Assembly: GCA_031555055.1 (NCBI GenBank)
Contig: JAVBUT010000002.1
Span: forward strand, 142,418 to 206,417
Direction: 5' to 3'
Source of the DNA: Alphaproteobacteria bacterium
GTDB taxonomy: Bacteria > Pseudomonadota > Alphaproteobacteria > Rs-D84
Length of the DNA: 64,000 bases
Position numbers and translations under genes: made by a program. The notes below the pieces were generated by a model, which was not told the origin of the DNA, did no database searches, and saw only the letters and a program-made list of their open reading frames with translations. Positions within the stretch are counted from its first letter, which is position 1. The number at the start of each line of letters is the position of its first letter. Below are positions 1-9,133 of this stretch, one piece after another.

Positions 1-1
1 T

Positions 2-148
2 TATGATGCGGAATCTCTGCGCAAAGAAATTAAAGCAATGACGATTAAAATGAAACGCCATGCCGAGAATCTGGAATTCGAACGCGCCAGCGAACTGCGC
101 GACGCGATAAGAAAAATGGAAGACGATTTGTTATTAATTGATAATTGA
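2..148 (+). CDS. uvrB: Excinuclease ABC subunit B, C-terminal UVR domain (5'-truncated by window edge)
   Basis: Own translation of frame 2: YDAESLRKEIKAMTIKMKRHAENLEFERASELRDAIRKMEDDLLLIDN*, matching the UVR coiled-coil motif M..A.NLEFE.A..LRD.I. Confidence 0.75.
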   Translation, partial: YDAESLRKEIKAMTIKMKRHAENLEFERASELRDAIRKMEDDLLLIDN

Positions 149-164
149 CACTGGGTAATTGATA

Positions 165-602
165 ATGAAAGAAATAATTTTAGAAAATATTGATGAAACG
201 CGTGCGTTCGCAGCAGAATTTGCAAAAACCTTGCATGCGCCGGTAACCGTTGCATTGCACGGTGATTTAGGTATGGGAAAATCGGAAATTGCACGTACGA
301 TAATTCAAACGCTGTGTGGGGCGGAAACTGTTGTGCCGTCACCGACGTTTACAATCGTGCAAACATATGAACCAAAAGTCGACGGCACGAATCACCGGCA
401 CGAATCACGTATATCCCACTTTGATCTGTATCGTATTAACGATGTGTCCGAATTGACCGAGATTGGTCTATCGCACGCAATCGAAAATGACATCACTTTG
501 ATCGAATGGCCGGAAATCGCGGACCATATGCTGTCAAAAAACACTGTTCATATTTTTATCCAGGAATTTGGTTCTGGGCGTAAATTAAAAATTACGGAAT
601 GA
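165..602 (+). CDS. tsaE: tRNA threonylcarbamoyladenosine biosynthesis ATPase TsaE
   Basis: LHGDLGMGKS Walker A, VPSPTFTIVQTY, HFDLYRI, LIEWPE motifs. Confidence 0.95.
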   Translation: MKEIILENIDETRAFAAEFAKTLHAPVTVALHGDLGMGKSEIARTIIQTLCGAETVVPSPTFTIVQTYEPKVDGTNHRHESRISHFDLYRINDVSELTEIGLSHAIENDITLIEWPEIADHMLSKNTVHIFIQEFGSGRKLKITE

Positions 603-1281
603 TTTCAACATAGCCAAAGGTAGCGCGGCAATTAACCGGCACGGTAAATTTGCCGGCGGCATTTTTATACACTATGGCGTTGTTTCCGATGTCCTTGCTG
701 GGCATAAAACAATCAGACAACGTATGTTTTCCAAGAGAAACGGTTTGTCCGCGGACATCGTTATCGCCGGAATCTTTCGCGCCGACCGGGCATGGTGTGC
801 AATTTCCGGGGCCTGTGGAATATTGTCCTGTGGGGCAATCTTCCAGCATGGGTTGACAATCGTCGGGGCTATCGTGATCGGTATAAGACGTCCCAATTAT
901 CTGCGTGTTCGGCGGACAGGATGTGCATGTTGATCCCGTAAAAGACGTATATTTGTTATATGTATTGCCGGTGCATGACGTGCATCTGCAAAAAGGCTCA
1001 TTCTGGTCAAAGGCCACGAATCCAGGATCACAGTAACATGTGCTGTAATAATAGGACCCGGTCGGATTGCATGGACACATATAGCCGACATCGTCGCATG
1101 ACGGTAAATAATGTTGCACGCGTTCGCCGCAGATATGTCCGCCACAAATAAGAGGCAAAGTCGAGGTAGGCGTGTCGCAGCTGACAGGTGGCTGTTCCGG
1201 CGGATATATTGGCGCGTAAAGGTCGGTATGCAGAAACGCAATGCAGGCAATCATTAGAAAATGCGCGATTTTAAATCTCAT
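592..1281 (-). CDS. Secreted cysteine-rich protein with CxxCP repeats
   Basis: Signal-like N-terminus; about 20 Cys in 229 aa; CTSCTGNTY, CTSCPPNT, CPTGQYS, CTPCPVG repeats. Confidence 0.75.
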   Translation of the reverse strand: MRFKIAHFLMIACIAFLHTDLYAPIYPPEQPPVSCDTPTSTLPLICGGHICGERVQHYLPSCDDVGYMCPCNPTGSYYYSTCYCDPGFVAFDQNEPFCRCTSCTGNTYNKYTSFTGSTCTSCPPNTQIIGTSYTDHDSPDDCQPMLEDCPTGQYSTGPGNCTPCPVGAKDSGDNDVRGQTVSLGKHTLSDCFMPSKDIGNNAIVYKNAAGKFTVPVNCRATFGYVEIIP

Positions 1282-1321
1282 ATACTGGTATATTTTAAAA
1301 CATTTGTCCGACCGAGTAAAG

Positions 1322-3103
1322 TTATTCTTGGGGCATCAGGCTTTGCACGGCGATCGGGAAATCGGCGCTGTGCGCAAGATATGATCCGCTGGCCAGAAAG
1401 TCCGCGCCCGCGGCCCAGCACATCTGTGCGGTTTCAGGATTGATTCCACCATCAACGGATATTTTGAATTTCAGTCCGTAACGTTTGCGTGTATTGGCCA
1501 ATACAGATATTTTGTTCAGCGCGCCTTCGTCGAATTTTTGTCCGCCGGCGCCGGGCTTTACCGACATGACCAGAACTTCGTCTATTTCCTTTAAGACCGG
1601 TTTTAGTATATCGACGCCGCTTTCCGGATTCAGCGCGATGCCGCTGCGCTTGCCCATTTCGCGAATCTTGCGCAGTGCCGAGCGAACACCGGCCGTGTTG
1701 GTCGACACGATGATCGTGTCCGCGCCAGCGTTCGCGGCCGCCGCGGCCCAGACTGCTGGGCTTTCCGTCATCAGATGCACATGCAGGTGTGCGTCGGTGT
1801 GTTCGCGTATTTGTTTTAATTCTTCGATGCCGCCGACAACGCGATCGACAAAAAATCCGTCCATCACGTCGACATGTATCATCGAAATTCCGCCGGATTT
1901 GAATAGTTCGTACGTGGCGGGACTTTTCATGTTGAACGACAGGGTGGTCGGCATTATCGGTATAAAACGCGTTGTCTTTTTTTCCTTTCTTTGGAATATG
2001 GTTGTGATTTTTGACGCAAGGCGCCCAAACCGTTCGCGGCGCGCCAGATATGTTTTGACGCGGCCCGACTGTTCCGCCCACACGTGCGCGGACAGCGCGC
2101 GCGCCGCTGCGTCCGCCCCCAGGTTCTGAACAGGTATCCCGAATGTGATTTCAATCAGATCGTCGATCCCTTTGATGCCACTGCCGCCGCCACATAGAAA
2201 TATTTTCGACGGGCTGTATTTCGCAATGTCTGTCGTGGCTGATTCCTTGATTTCAGATATTATTTCCATCAGCATGGGCATCACGACATCATTCATGTCC
2301 GCGCGTGAAAAATCATAAGCCGAATCCGCAGGGGTAAACCGGTCCATGTCGCCAGTGTCGGCGTTTGTGACCGAACACTTGATCCGTTCCGCATCGGATA
2401 CGCATATCCCCAGTGTGACCGACACGGATTTTGTAATCGCAATTTGCCCCAACGGTATCTTTTTGAAAAATACCGGGCCGCGTCCGGACCATATTGAAAC
2501 CGTTGTGAATTCGCCGCCCATGTCGATGAACATGGCGTTCTGCTTTTTGTCGCGGAACACGGTGTCCATCAGATACGACGGATCGAAAAAGGCGTCGGCC
2601 TGGATATGCGCCGCGCGCAGCCATTCGAATATGTCCCGCATTTTTGCGTCTTCGTAAAATATCGTTCCGAACACCGACGCCAAGTGACGGTCGACATATC
2701 CGACCGGTGTCAACAGGTTGCGTGCGACCGACGTGTCGTAACGCAATGGAATGATGTGCATCGGATAAAATCCGTCTGGGGGCGATATCTGTGTAATCTG
2801 GTTGCGGACGTCCGGGGCGGTAATTCTGTGTTCGGATGACCATTGGGTGCTTTTCGCGCTCATCTCGAATTCGGCGCGGCCAAAGTTTCCAGTAATGTAC
2901 GCGGAATCAAAGCGTCCGCCGATCTGGCGTTCCAGTTCGTCTACAACGGACTTTATCGCGAACACCGGGTCCGCGCTTTGCGCCGATGTGATCGCGGATT
3001 TTGTGATGCGCCCGGATTTGACGCGGTGCGCAACCGCGCGTACGGCATGACTGCCGATATCCAGGCACAGAAAAGATGAATCGAACAAGTTCATGTTAGT
3101 CAT
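1322..3103 (-). CDS. ftsA-rpe: FtsA fused in frame to ribulose-phosphate 3-epimerase (Rpe)
   Basis: N-part: LDIGS, IDMGG, DAERIK, IFLCGGGS actin-like FtsA motifs, directly downstream of ftsQ. C-part: HVDVMDG, HVHLM, MSVKPGAGGQKF, VDGGIN Rpe motifs. Single 593-aa ORF. Confidence 0.9.
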   Translation of the reverse strand: MTNMNLFDSSFLCLDIGSHAVRAVAHRVKSGRITKSAITSAQSADPVFAIKSVVDELERQIGGRFDSAYITGNFGRAEFEMSAKSTQWSSEHRITAPDVRNQITQISPPDGFYPMHIIPLRYDTSVARNLLTPVGYVDRHLASVFGTIFYEDAKMRDIFEWLRAAHIQADAFFDPSYLMDTVFRDKKQNAMFIDMGGEFTTVSIWSGRGPVFFKKIPLGQIAITKSVSVTLGICVSDAERIKCSVTNADTGDMDRFTPADSAYDFSRADMNDVVMPMLMEIISEIKESATTDIAKYSPSKIFLCGGGSGIKGIDDLIEITFGIPVQNLGADAAARALSAHVWAEQSGRVKTYLARRERFGRLASKITTIFQRKEKKTTRFIPIMPTTLSFNMKSPATYELFKSGGISMIHVDVMDGFFVDRVVGGIEELKQIREHTDAHLHVHLMTESPAVWAAAAANAGADTIIVSTNTAGVRSALRKIREMGKRSGIALNPESGVDILKPVLKEIDEVLVMSVKPGAGGQKFDEGALNKISVLANTRKRYGLKFKISVDGGINPETAQMCWAAGADFLASGSYLAHSADFPIAVQSLMPQE

Positions 3104-3140
3104 TAGTCTTTAGTCAATAGTCATTAATCACTAAAGACTA
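3096..3140. repeat. (TTAGTCA)-type heptamer array with short inverted copy, filling ftsQ-ftsA spacer
   Basis: ttagtca ttagtct ttagtca atagtca ttaatca ctaaagacta; overlaps ftsA start and ftsQ stop. Confidence 0.8.
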
Positions 3141-3818
3141 TTTTACCAGTATTCTCGCTGTGTCGCGCATATCCAGAATCTGGATATTCTTTGACATGAT
3201 TCCGTGATTTTTATCCAATGTGACCAATGTGCTGATTGCGCCGCCAGGATTATCTTCGGGCAACATGATCGTGATGTTTTCATTTGTGTGTATGTTCCAG
3301 CGCCGGTTTTCAATCCATTCCAAATACCCAAGTTGGTTCGCAAAACCCTGGGCCAGCCGGGCAATTTCGGAAATGTCGTCAGGTAATGTGCCGCGAAACA
3401 CGACGGTTCCGCCTGGGCGGTCAGCGGTTGGGGTGTTTATAACCGTACCGTTGGCGGACACCGGGAAATAGTTCGTCCCGTCGGTCCATAATGCGACCGC
3501 GCGGTGCAGCTTTACCCGTACCGCCAGATTTCCATTCGGTAACCTGCGCACGGCGGCGGCGCGCACACTGGGGGATTGCATGACGTGCGCCTGGATTTCA
3601 TCCAGGTTTGCAGAATATGTTTTTGTTCCCGGTGCGACGCCGATGTTGGATGCGATTGCGCCCAGGTTTTTATTATTATAGTCCGCAGACAATGAAACCG
3701 AACGGATTGTTGCATTCGCGCCATGTCCCATGGTGGTCATGATAATCCGGACACTGAAATACACCGCCAGTATAACGGCGAAAACAAAACACAACCAAAA
3801 CCAGAAAGTTTTTTTCAT
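3138..3818 (-). CDS. ftsQ: Cell division protein FtsQ
   Basis: Single TM, POTRA-like V..AAVRRLPNGNLAVRV, NRRWNIH, C-terminal LDMRD; upstream of ftsA. Start set at MKKTFW (3818) behind an extended -10. Confidence 0.88.
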   Translation of the reverse strand: MKKTFWFWLCFVFAVILAVYFSVRIIMTTMGHGANATIRSVSLSADYNNKNLGAIASNIGVAPGTKTYSANLDEIQAHVMQSPSVRAAAVRRLPNGNLAVRVKLHRAVALWTDGTNYFPVSANGTVINTPTADRPGGTVVFRGTLPDDISEIARLAQGFANQLGYLEWIENRRWNIHTNENITIMLPEDNPGGAISTLVTLDKNHGIMSKNIQILDMRDTARILVK

Positions 3819-3840
3819 AAGGACAATTGTATCATAAAAA

Positions 3841-3908
3841 TAGCGCATAGTCCATAGCGCTTAGCGCATAGTGTATAGCAAAATTGCTAGTCGCTATACG
3901 CTATTAGC
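3841..3908. repeat. (TAGCGCA)-type heptamer array with inverted arm
   Basis: tagcgca tagtcca tagcgct tagcgca tagtgta tagc...gctatacgcta. Confidence 0.8.
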
Positions 3909-4296
3909 TGGCTCTTAACAAATAACCACGGCGAAACATGCACTTGCGGTACGATCCGACGGATTTAGAGCTGGAATTTGGTGGAATCGACATCAGCGTG
4001 CGCTGGCCTACATCCTGATACTCGTTCGATTGGAACGTAACCCACAGACCGTCCCAGTCAGGCATCTGACCGCTTTGGTTCGGAGAAATCAGCTTTGCCA
4101 GTCTTGAACGCGGCATGTGCGCAGGCTTGGTTATTCCCAGACACGCCTTGTGATCGCGTACAAACTGTTCGGTGGTAACCGCTTCGTTTTCCCAATTCAG
4201 CACGGTCGCATTGTCGATAAGTCCGCTGTTCGGCGACGAACAGGCGGCAAGGAGTATGAAAAATGAAAAATGAAAAATGAAAAACGGTATTCTCAT
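3904..4296 (-). CDS. Hypothetical lipoprotein
   Basis: Lipobox LAAC after FFIFHFSFFIL; DHKAC and YRKCMFRRGY resemble small two-Cys lipoproteins. Confidence 0.75.
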   Translation of the reverse strand: MRIPFFIFHFSFFILLAACSSPNSGLIDNATVLNWENEAVTTEQFVRDHKACLGITKPAHMPRSRLAKLISPNQSGQMPDWDGLWVTFQSNEYQDVGQRTLMSIPPNSSSKSVGSYRKCMFRRGYLLRAS

Positions 4297-4367
4297 GCGG
4301 TTTATTATAATTTAATTGCTTTAACAGGGCAATAACTTTTATAATCAGTTATATAAAGGAAGAGAAT

Positions 4368-4682
4368 ATGGCGGACAGTGCTCAGAATTTCATAATGCTG
4401 GCGAACTTTTACAACCAGCTGGTCACGACAATGGCGGCGATATGCGTCCAAAAGGGCGGTATTGCGATCGAAAATTATGTCGGGCGCTTTTTTGCGGCGG
4501 ACGTTTTGGAATTCGTCGTAGAATACGGCAAAAGATTGCGCGCGCCGGCCGGATCGGAAATCGGTGCAATGGTGGCGCGTCTGGACGCGGAATTCGAAAA
4601 GGTCAAAAGCCTGACCACGCCGACGCAAAAGCCGATACACGAAATGACACTGGAAGAATTCGAAAAGGTTATGAACATATAA
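4368..4682 (+). CDS. Hypothetical protein; C-terminus resembles the end of MazG-like helical domains
   Basis: SD AAGGA upstream; ADVLEFVVEYGKRL...IHEMTLEEFEKV. Confidence 0.6.
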   Translation: MADSAQNFIMLANFYNQLVTTMAAICVQKGGIAIENYVGRFFAADVLEFVVEYGKRLRAPAGSEIGAMVARLDAEFEKVKSLTTPTQKPIHEMTLEEFEKVMNI

Positions 4683-4769
4683 TAAATGAAAAATTAAAAA
4701 TGAAAAATGAAAAATGAAAAGCAGCTCATTCGTCATTGTAAATTTTTCGCAGATATAAAAGGGAAAAGA

Positions 4770-6104
4770 ATGAAAACAATATTAAAGGCATTTTTCATTT
4801 TTAATTTTTTATTTTTCATTTGTGGTTGCGCCAAGATGAATCAGAACGATATGTCACAGTACGACACCGTCCAGGTCATAGACCAACTGGTGATCGATGA
4901 AAACTCTGTGCCGATCTTTCCGAAAAAAGCGGCGCTGACTACGGATACAGCGCGCCGGTTTTCAATCGAATTGCCAAAGCGATGCACAGTCGATTGGAAT
5001 AACCAGACAGTCTTGAGCGTTGTACCCGAAGAAAAAATCGAAATAGTTCGGCTGGATGTCGGCGATCCATTGCCGGATTTTAATGTGTCCGATTACGAAT
5101 TTACCAAAATGACGGTGACCGACGCGCTGGACAAATTATTGGACGGCACGAACATCGCGGTCGTCGAAGATGAAAAACTGGTCGAGAAAATCACAGGATC
5201 GATTCAATCCGGATCGCTTTCTGATTCTGTCGAACTGATCGCGAAAATGGGCAAGGCGTATTATTCCTATGACGATGATGCGCGCGAAATACATCTGTCG
5301 CATCGCGCAAAGTGGCTGATGAAAATGCCAAAGGACGAGAATATAATCATGGCGCTGCTGGATGCTATGCACGGCGCGGATATGCGCAACCTGTTGGTGG
5401 ACTGGCAGGACAAGACAGTTATATTCGAAGGTAATTACCAGACAGAACGCGAAGTCGCGAAAATCGTCAGCGACGTCGGATCAAAGAAATACATGATCGC
5501 GTGGGATATCGACGTATACCGCGTATATCCGCGCACGGACAATCCGATCATCTGGATGAACATATTGCCGGCGTTCGGCGACAAGAATGTCCGCATGTCG
5601 ATACCGGGCGTTGTCGGGCGCGCGCTGGTGGTAAGCCCGGAAATCAATACAAAAACGCTTCAGGAATTTTTAGGTCAACAGTCAAACGTTGTTCTGGTGT
5701 CCCAGGGGCGTTTTGTGATTCCGAACGGGTGGCAGTCGCGGTTTGACATCGGCCAATGCGGCAAGGAAGACCGCCTGGAAACTGATCTGACAATTGGGGC
5801 GACGGCGAAATATCTGGATTACGCGGGAAATAAAAAGATCGATTCCAAAATCGTGCTGCGCACGGGATCGGGCGAATTGTCTTCGTTTAAAATCCCAAGC
5901 AGCGTTGGTGACAACTATGTGATTGTCGGAATTCCGACACATTCGTTCGTAACCGATCCGGTCACATTAATATCACCGTTCGCGGAACTGGTCGTATTCA
6001 TGTCGCCGCGCATGATCGCGATTACGGACGCGCAAAACTATTCGCCGGCGCCACAAATGATGCCGCTGATGGGTGATGATCTGCGAAGCTATCTAGAAGA
6101 TTAA
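4770..6104 (+). CDS. Lipoprotein with secretin-like N-terminal domains (possible lipoprotein secretin)
   Basis: Lipobox ICGC; MTVTDALDKLLDGTNI...GSLSDSVELIAKMGKAYYSYD resembles secretin N0/STN domains; beta-rich C-half ending ELVVFMSPRMI, like the secretin ELVIFITPRII motif. Confidence 0.55.
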   Translation: MKTILKAFFIFNFLFFICGCAKMNQNDMSQYDTVQVIDQLVIDENSVPIFPKKAALTTDTARRFSIELPKRCTVDWNNQTVLSVVPEEKIEIVRLDVGDPLPDFNVSDYEFTKMTVTDALDKLLDGTNIAVVEDEKLVEKITGSIQSGSLSDSVELIAKMGKAYYSYDDDAREIHLSHRAKWLMKMPKDENIIMALLDAMHGADMRNLLVDWQDKTVIFEGNYQTEREVAKIVSDVGSKKYMIAWDIDVYRVYPRTDNPIIWMNILPAFGDKNVRMSIPGVVGRALVVSPEINTKTLQEFLGQQSNVVLVSQGRFVIPNGWQSRFDIGQCGKEDRLETDLTIGATAKYLDYAGNKKIDSKIVLRTGSGELSSFKIPSSVGDNYVIVGIPTHSFVTDPVTLISPFAELVVFMSPRMIAITDAQNYSPAPQMMPLMGDDLRSYLED

Positions 6105-6119
6105 TACAAGGATATTTTT

Positions 6120-7373
6120 ATGTTCAATAAGCTGGAAAGAAAAGTTGCGTTTCGTTATATGCGCGCCAAAGGCAAGGGATTCGGCAGTGTGATTTCATGG
6201 GTGTCACTGCTGGGGATCATGCTGGGGGTGGCGACGCTGATAGTTGTGATGTCGGTCATGGGCGGATTTCATGACACATTGCTGTCGCGTATTGTCGGAA
6301 TGAACGGACATGTTGTTGTTTATCACCAAGATGGCGCGATCACAGACTATGATTATTTGATCGACAAGATGAAGCAGAATAAAGTTGTGGCCGGCACGAT
6401 CACAGGCATCGTTCCGATCGCCGAAGGCCAGGTTATGGTGTCCGCCAACGGAAATAATTCCGGCGCGATGATCCGCGGAATCCGCATGGGTGATTTGGAA
6501 GCGAAAACAGTAACCGGCACGAAAATATACGGCAAAAAATTATCAGAGATCAAGGACGGCCAGCTGGTTATCGGAAACTCTCTGGCGCGCAATCTGCATG
6601 TTACAATGGGCGAGAGTGTATCGCTGATGTCGGCAAACGGTGGCACGCCGACGGCATTCGGCATGATGCCGCGCGTTATGTCTTATCCGGTCATGTCTTC
6701 GTTCTTTATGGGTATGTACGAATATGATTCCGGATATATATTCATGCCGCTGGCAACGGCCCAGAAATACCTGAACATCGGAAATTCCGTCACACACATC
6801 GATTTGTTCTTAAAGGATCCAGAGAAAACAAACGCCGTGCGTGAAGCATTGGTAACTTTGTTGCCGGATGGTTTTGTCGTGCGCGATTGGCGCGATCTGA
6901 ATCGCGGATTTGTCGGCGCGCTTCAGGTGGAAAGCAACGTTATGTTTCTGATATTAATGCTGATCGTTATCGTTGCGGCGTTTAATATCGTGTCATCATT
7001 GGTCATGCTGGTCAAAGATAAAAATAAAGACATTGCAGTACTGCGCACATTTGGCGTATCGCGCAGATCAATGATGAAAATATTTGTTTTGTCGGGCACA
7101 TCGATCGGTGCGATCGGCGCGTTCTTTGGAACGATTCTGGGTGTAATTATTGCGATTTATATTCAGCCAATACGAGAGTTTTTCCAGTGGATAACAGGCC
7201 GCGATCTGTTTCCGGCGGAACTGTATTATCTGTCGGAATTGCCGTCCAAACTGGTTGTCACAGATGTGATCGGAATTGCGTTGATAGCGATATTGCTGGC
7301 GTTCCTGGCGACGCTGTATCCGGCGTGGAAGGCCGCCAAGACCGATCCGGTTGAAGTGCTGCGGAACGAGTGA
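6120..7373 (+). CDS. lolE: Lipoprotein-releasing ABC transporter permease LolC/E
   Basis: SLLGIMLGVATLIVVMSVMGGF, AAFNIVSSLVMLVKDK..DIAVLRT.G, ATLYPAWKAAKTDPVEVLR. Confidence 0.95.
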   Translation: MFNKLERKVAFRYMRAKGKGFGSVISWVSLLGIMLGVATLIVVMSVMGGFHDTLLSRIVGMNGHVVVYHQDGAITDYDYLIDKMKQNKVVAGTITGIVPIAEGQVMVSANGNNSGAMIRGIRMGDLEAKTVTGTKIYGKKLSEIKDGQLVIGNSLARNLHVTMGESVSLMSANGGTPTAFGMMPRVMSYPVMSSFFMGMYEYDSGYIFMPLATAQKYLNIGNSVTHIDLFLKDPEKTNAVREALVTLLPDGFVVRDWRDLNRGFVGALQVESNVMFLILMLIVIVAAFNIVSSLVMLVKDKNKDIAVLRTFGVSRRSMMKIFVLSGTSIGAIGAFFGTILGVIIAIYIQPIREFFQWITGRDLFPAELYYLSELPSKLVVTDVIGIALIAILLAFLATLYPAWKAAKTDPVEVLRNE

Positions 7374-7374
7374 T

Positions 7375-7443
7375 AATTCCCCGCCTGGGGCGGGGTGGAT
7401 TTTTTGCAGCGCCTGTATGCGGGCAAAAAAGACGGGGCGGGTT
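7375..7443. repeat. Half copy of the CCCCTCC/GGAGGGG palindromic element family
   Basis: ttccccgcctggggcggggtggatttttt...aaaaaagacggggcggg has the same layout as one arm of the elements at 37041 and 42611. Confidence 0.65.
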
Positions 7444-7467
7444 ATAATATTGAAAAGGATATGCTGT

Positions 7468-7683
7468 ATGGAAGAAAGATGTTTAAAATGTTTAAAAGAA
7501 AGAAGCAGTCTGTGCGGCAATATCATTCAATCATATAAAATATATGTGCCGTTCTGGGCGACTGAGGCAAGAGGGCGCCATGCAGTGGACGTTTTGTGCT
7601 ATAAAGAAGACTGTGCACTACGGGTTTTAGGGCAACAACAAATTATTAATTTTGCAAATCAATTACAAAAAGAATCGAGATGA
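7468..7683 (+). CDS. Small hypothetical protein inserted between lolE and lolD
   Basis: TATAAT at 7443, SD AAAGGA, ATG 7468 (MEERCLKC...QKESR); stop overlaps lolD start (ATGA). Confidence 0.5.
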   Translation: MEERCLKCLKERSSLCGNIIQSYKIYVPFWATEARGRHAVDVLCYKEDCALRVLGQQQIINFANQLQKESR

Positions 7684-8393
7684 CAAACATACTAAAATCA
7701 TTATCCAAGGTTGAACGCAAGGGCGACGTTGTGCTGTCGGTGCGGGATATCAAAAAGACATTTATAGAGGGCGGGCAACCGTTGCATATCTTGCGTGGTG
7801 GCGGGTTTGATCTGAAACGCGGGGAAATCATCGCACTGGTCGGGCCGTCGGGTTGCGGCAAATCAACGTTGCTGCAATGCGTGGGATTATTGGATCGCCC
7901 CAGCTCTGGCAGTATTATCGTGTCCGGCACATCCGTCCAGAAAATGGATGACGAAATGCGTACATATATGCGTCGTCATAAAATCGGATTTGTATATCAG
8001 CGACATAATCTGTTGTCGGACTTTACGGCGATTGAAAATGTCACGCTGCCTATGCTGGCGAACAATATGGATGAAGACATTGCAACCGCACGTGCACGCG
8101 CACTGTTAAAATCCGCCAATGTCGCGCACCGCGCCACACACAGGCCGGCCGAGATGTCCGGTGGTGAACAACAACGTACCGCTGTTGCGCGCGCGCTGGC
8201 CAATGATCCGGATATACTGTTGGCGGACGAGCCGACCGGTTCACTGGACCCGGCGCATGCCGGCGCAGTGTTCGATTTGCTTCTTGATTTGGTGCGCAAA
8301 AATAAAATGGCAATGCTGTTTGTTACGCACGATATGAATCTGGCGGCGCGCGCGGATCGGACTATAACGATAAAAGACGGGATCGTTGAATAA
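7680..8393 (+). CDS. lolD: Lipoprotein-releasing ABC transporter ATPase LolD
   Basis: GPSGCGKS, GFVYQRHNLL, MSGGEQQR, LLADEPTGSLD; follows lolE. Confidence 0.93.
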   Translation: MTNILKSLSKVERKGDVVLSVRDIKKTFIEGGQPLHILRGGGFDLKRGEIIALVGPSGCGKSTLLQCVGLLDRPSSGSIIVSGTSVQKMDDEMRTYMRRHKIGFVYQRHNLLSDFTAIENVTLPMLANNMDEDIATARARALLKSANVAHRATHRPAEMSGGEQQRTAVARALANDPDILLADEPTGSLDPAHAGAVFDLLLDLVRKNKMAMLFVTHDMNLAARADRTITIKDGIVE

Positions 8394-8415
8394 TCCTAAA
8401 TACTTTTTTCTTTTT

Positions 8416-8435
8416 GGGGCGCATATTTGCGCCCT
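8416..8435. repeat. REP-like palindrome GGGGCGCATATTTGCGCCCT
   Basis: Same core as 18281-18303, 18370-18392, 52964-52985. Confidence 0.75.
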
Positions 8436-8515
8436 TGATTTTTGCAGAATGCTTGCTATGATGACCCCAGAGATATAAGGGGGAGCGCAGAGAGATGGAC
8501 ACAAAGGAAATCAAG

Positions 8516-8980
8516 ATGGCGGAAAATAACAAAGCAAAAACAGCGCAACCAAAAACTTCATCATGCTGGAAATGGTTCTGGACAATACTGACCATATTAA
8601 TCATATTTTTTATCGGTGTATTGGTCGGAAACTGGTGCACATCGTGCAAGTGTGTAAAAAAACAGGTGATGACGCCGTCGGAACGTATTCTGTACAGCTA
8701 TCATAATCGCGCCGATATGGTCGCGCCGATCGAAAAGCCAGTTGTCGTTGCGCCGGCCAAGGTCGCGCCAGCGCCGGTGCCAGCACCGGTGGTGTCCAAA
8801 CCGATCGTAAAGCCGACCCCCAGCGTACGCAAAACATACAGTAATGTAAAAAAGCATGCCGCACCGGCACCAAAGCCAGTTGTAAAGCCAGTGACATATG
8901 TTATAGAAGAAATAACCGAAACTTATCAGCCGTGTCACACCGCACCAACGGCTGTGATAGTTGAAAAATACAGATTTTAG
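8516..8980 (+). CDS. Single-pass membrane protein with Pro/Val/Lys-rich extension
   Basis: SD AAGGA; TM WFWTILTILIIFFIGVLVG; low-complexity PAPVPAPVVSKP. Confidence 0.7.
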   Translation: MAENNKAKTAQPKTSSCWKWFWTILTILIIFFIGVLVGNWCTSCKCVKKQVMTPSERILYSYHNRADMVAPIEKPVVVAPAKVAPAPVPAPVVSKPIVKPTPSVRKTYSNVKKHAAPAPKPVVKPVTYVIEEITETYQPCHTAPTAVIVEKYRF

Positions 8981-8991
8981 TCAAAATAAAC

Positions 8992-9015
8992 AGCCCGGTA
9001 TCCCCGGGCTTTTTT
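8992..9015 (+). terminator. Intrinsic terminator
   Basis: agcccgg tatcc ccgggct followed by T-run. Confidence 0.75.
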
Positions 9016-9133
9016 CTTGCTTTATCGCCAAACTGCGCCGTATCGCGACAAGAATGGCCGGTTTTTTGGCCGTGCAATAAATACTTGATTTTGACGATGT
9101 TTAATATATAATCAATCAGCCTTTATGGAATTG

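Noticed and set aside
4305-4736. Minus-strand 143-aa ORF with a signal-like FIFHFSFLIFH start
   Set aside because: The hydrophobic start is just the heptamer array read antisense; it overlaps the better-supported 4368-4682 gene
600-7683. Alternative genetic code or stop readthrough behind the fusions
   Set aside because: TGA, TAG and TAA all end conserved genes at expected positions, and both fusions are open without any stop
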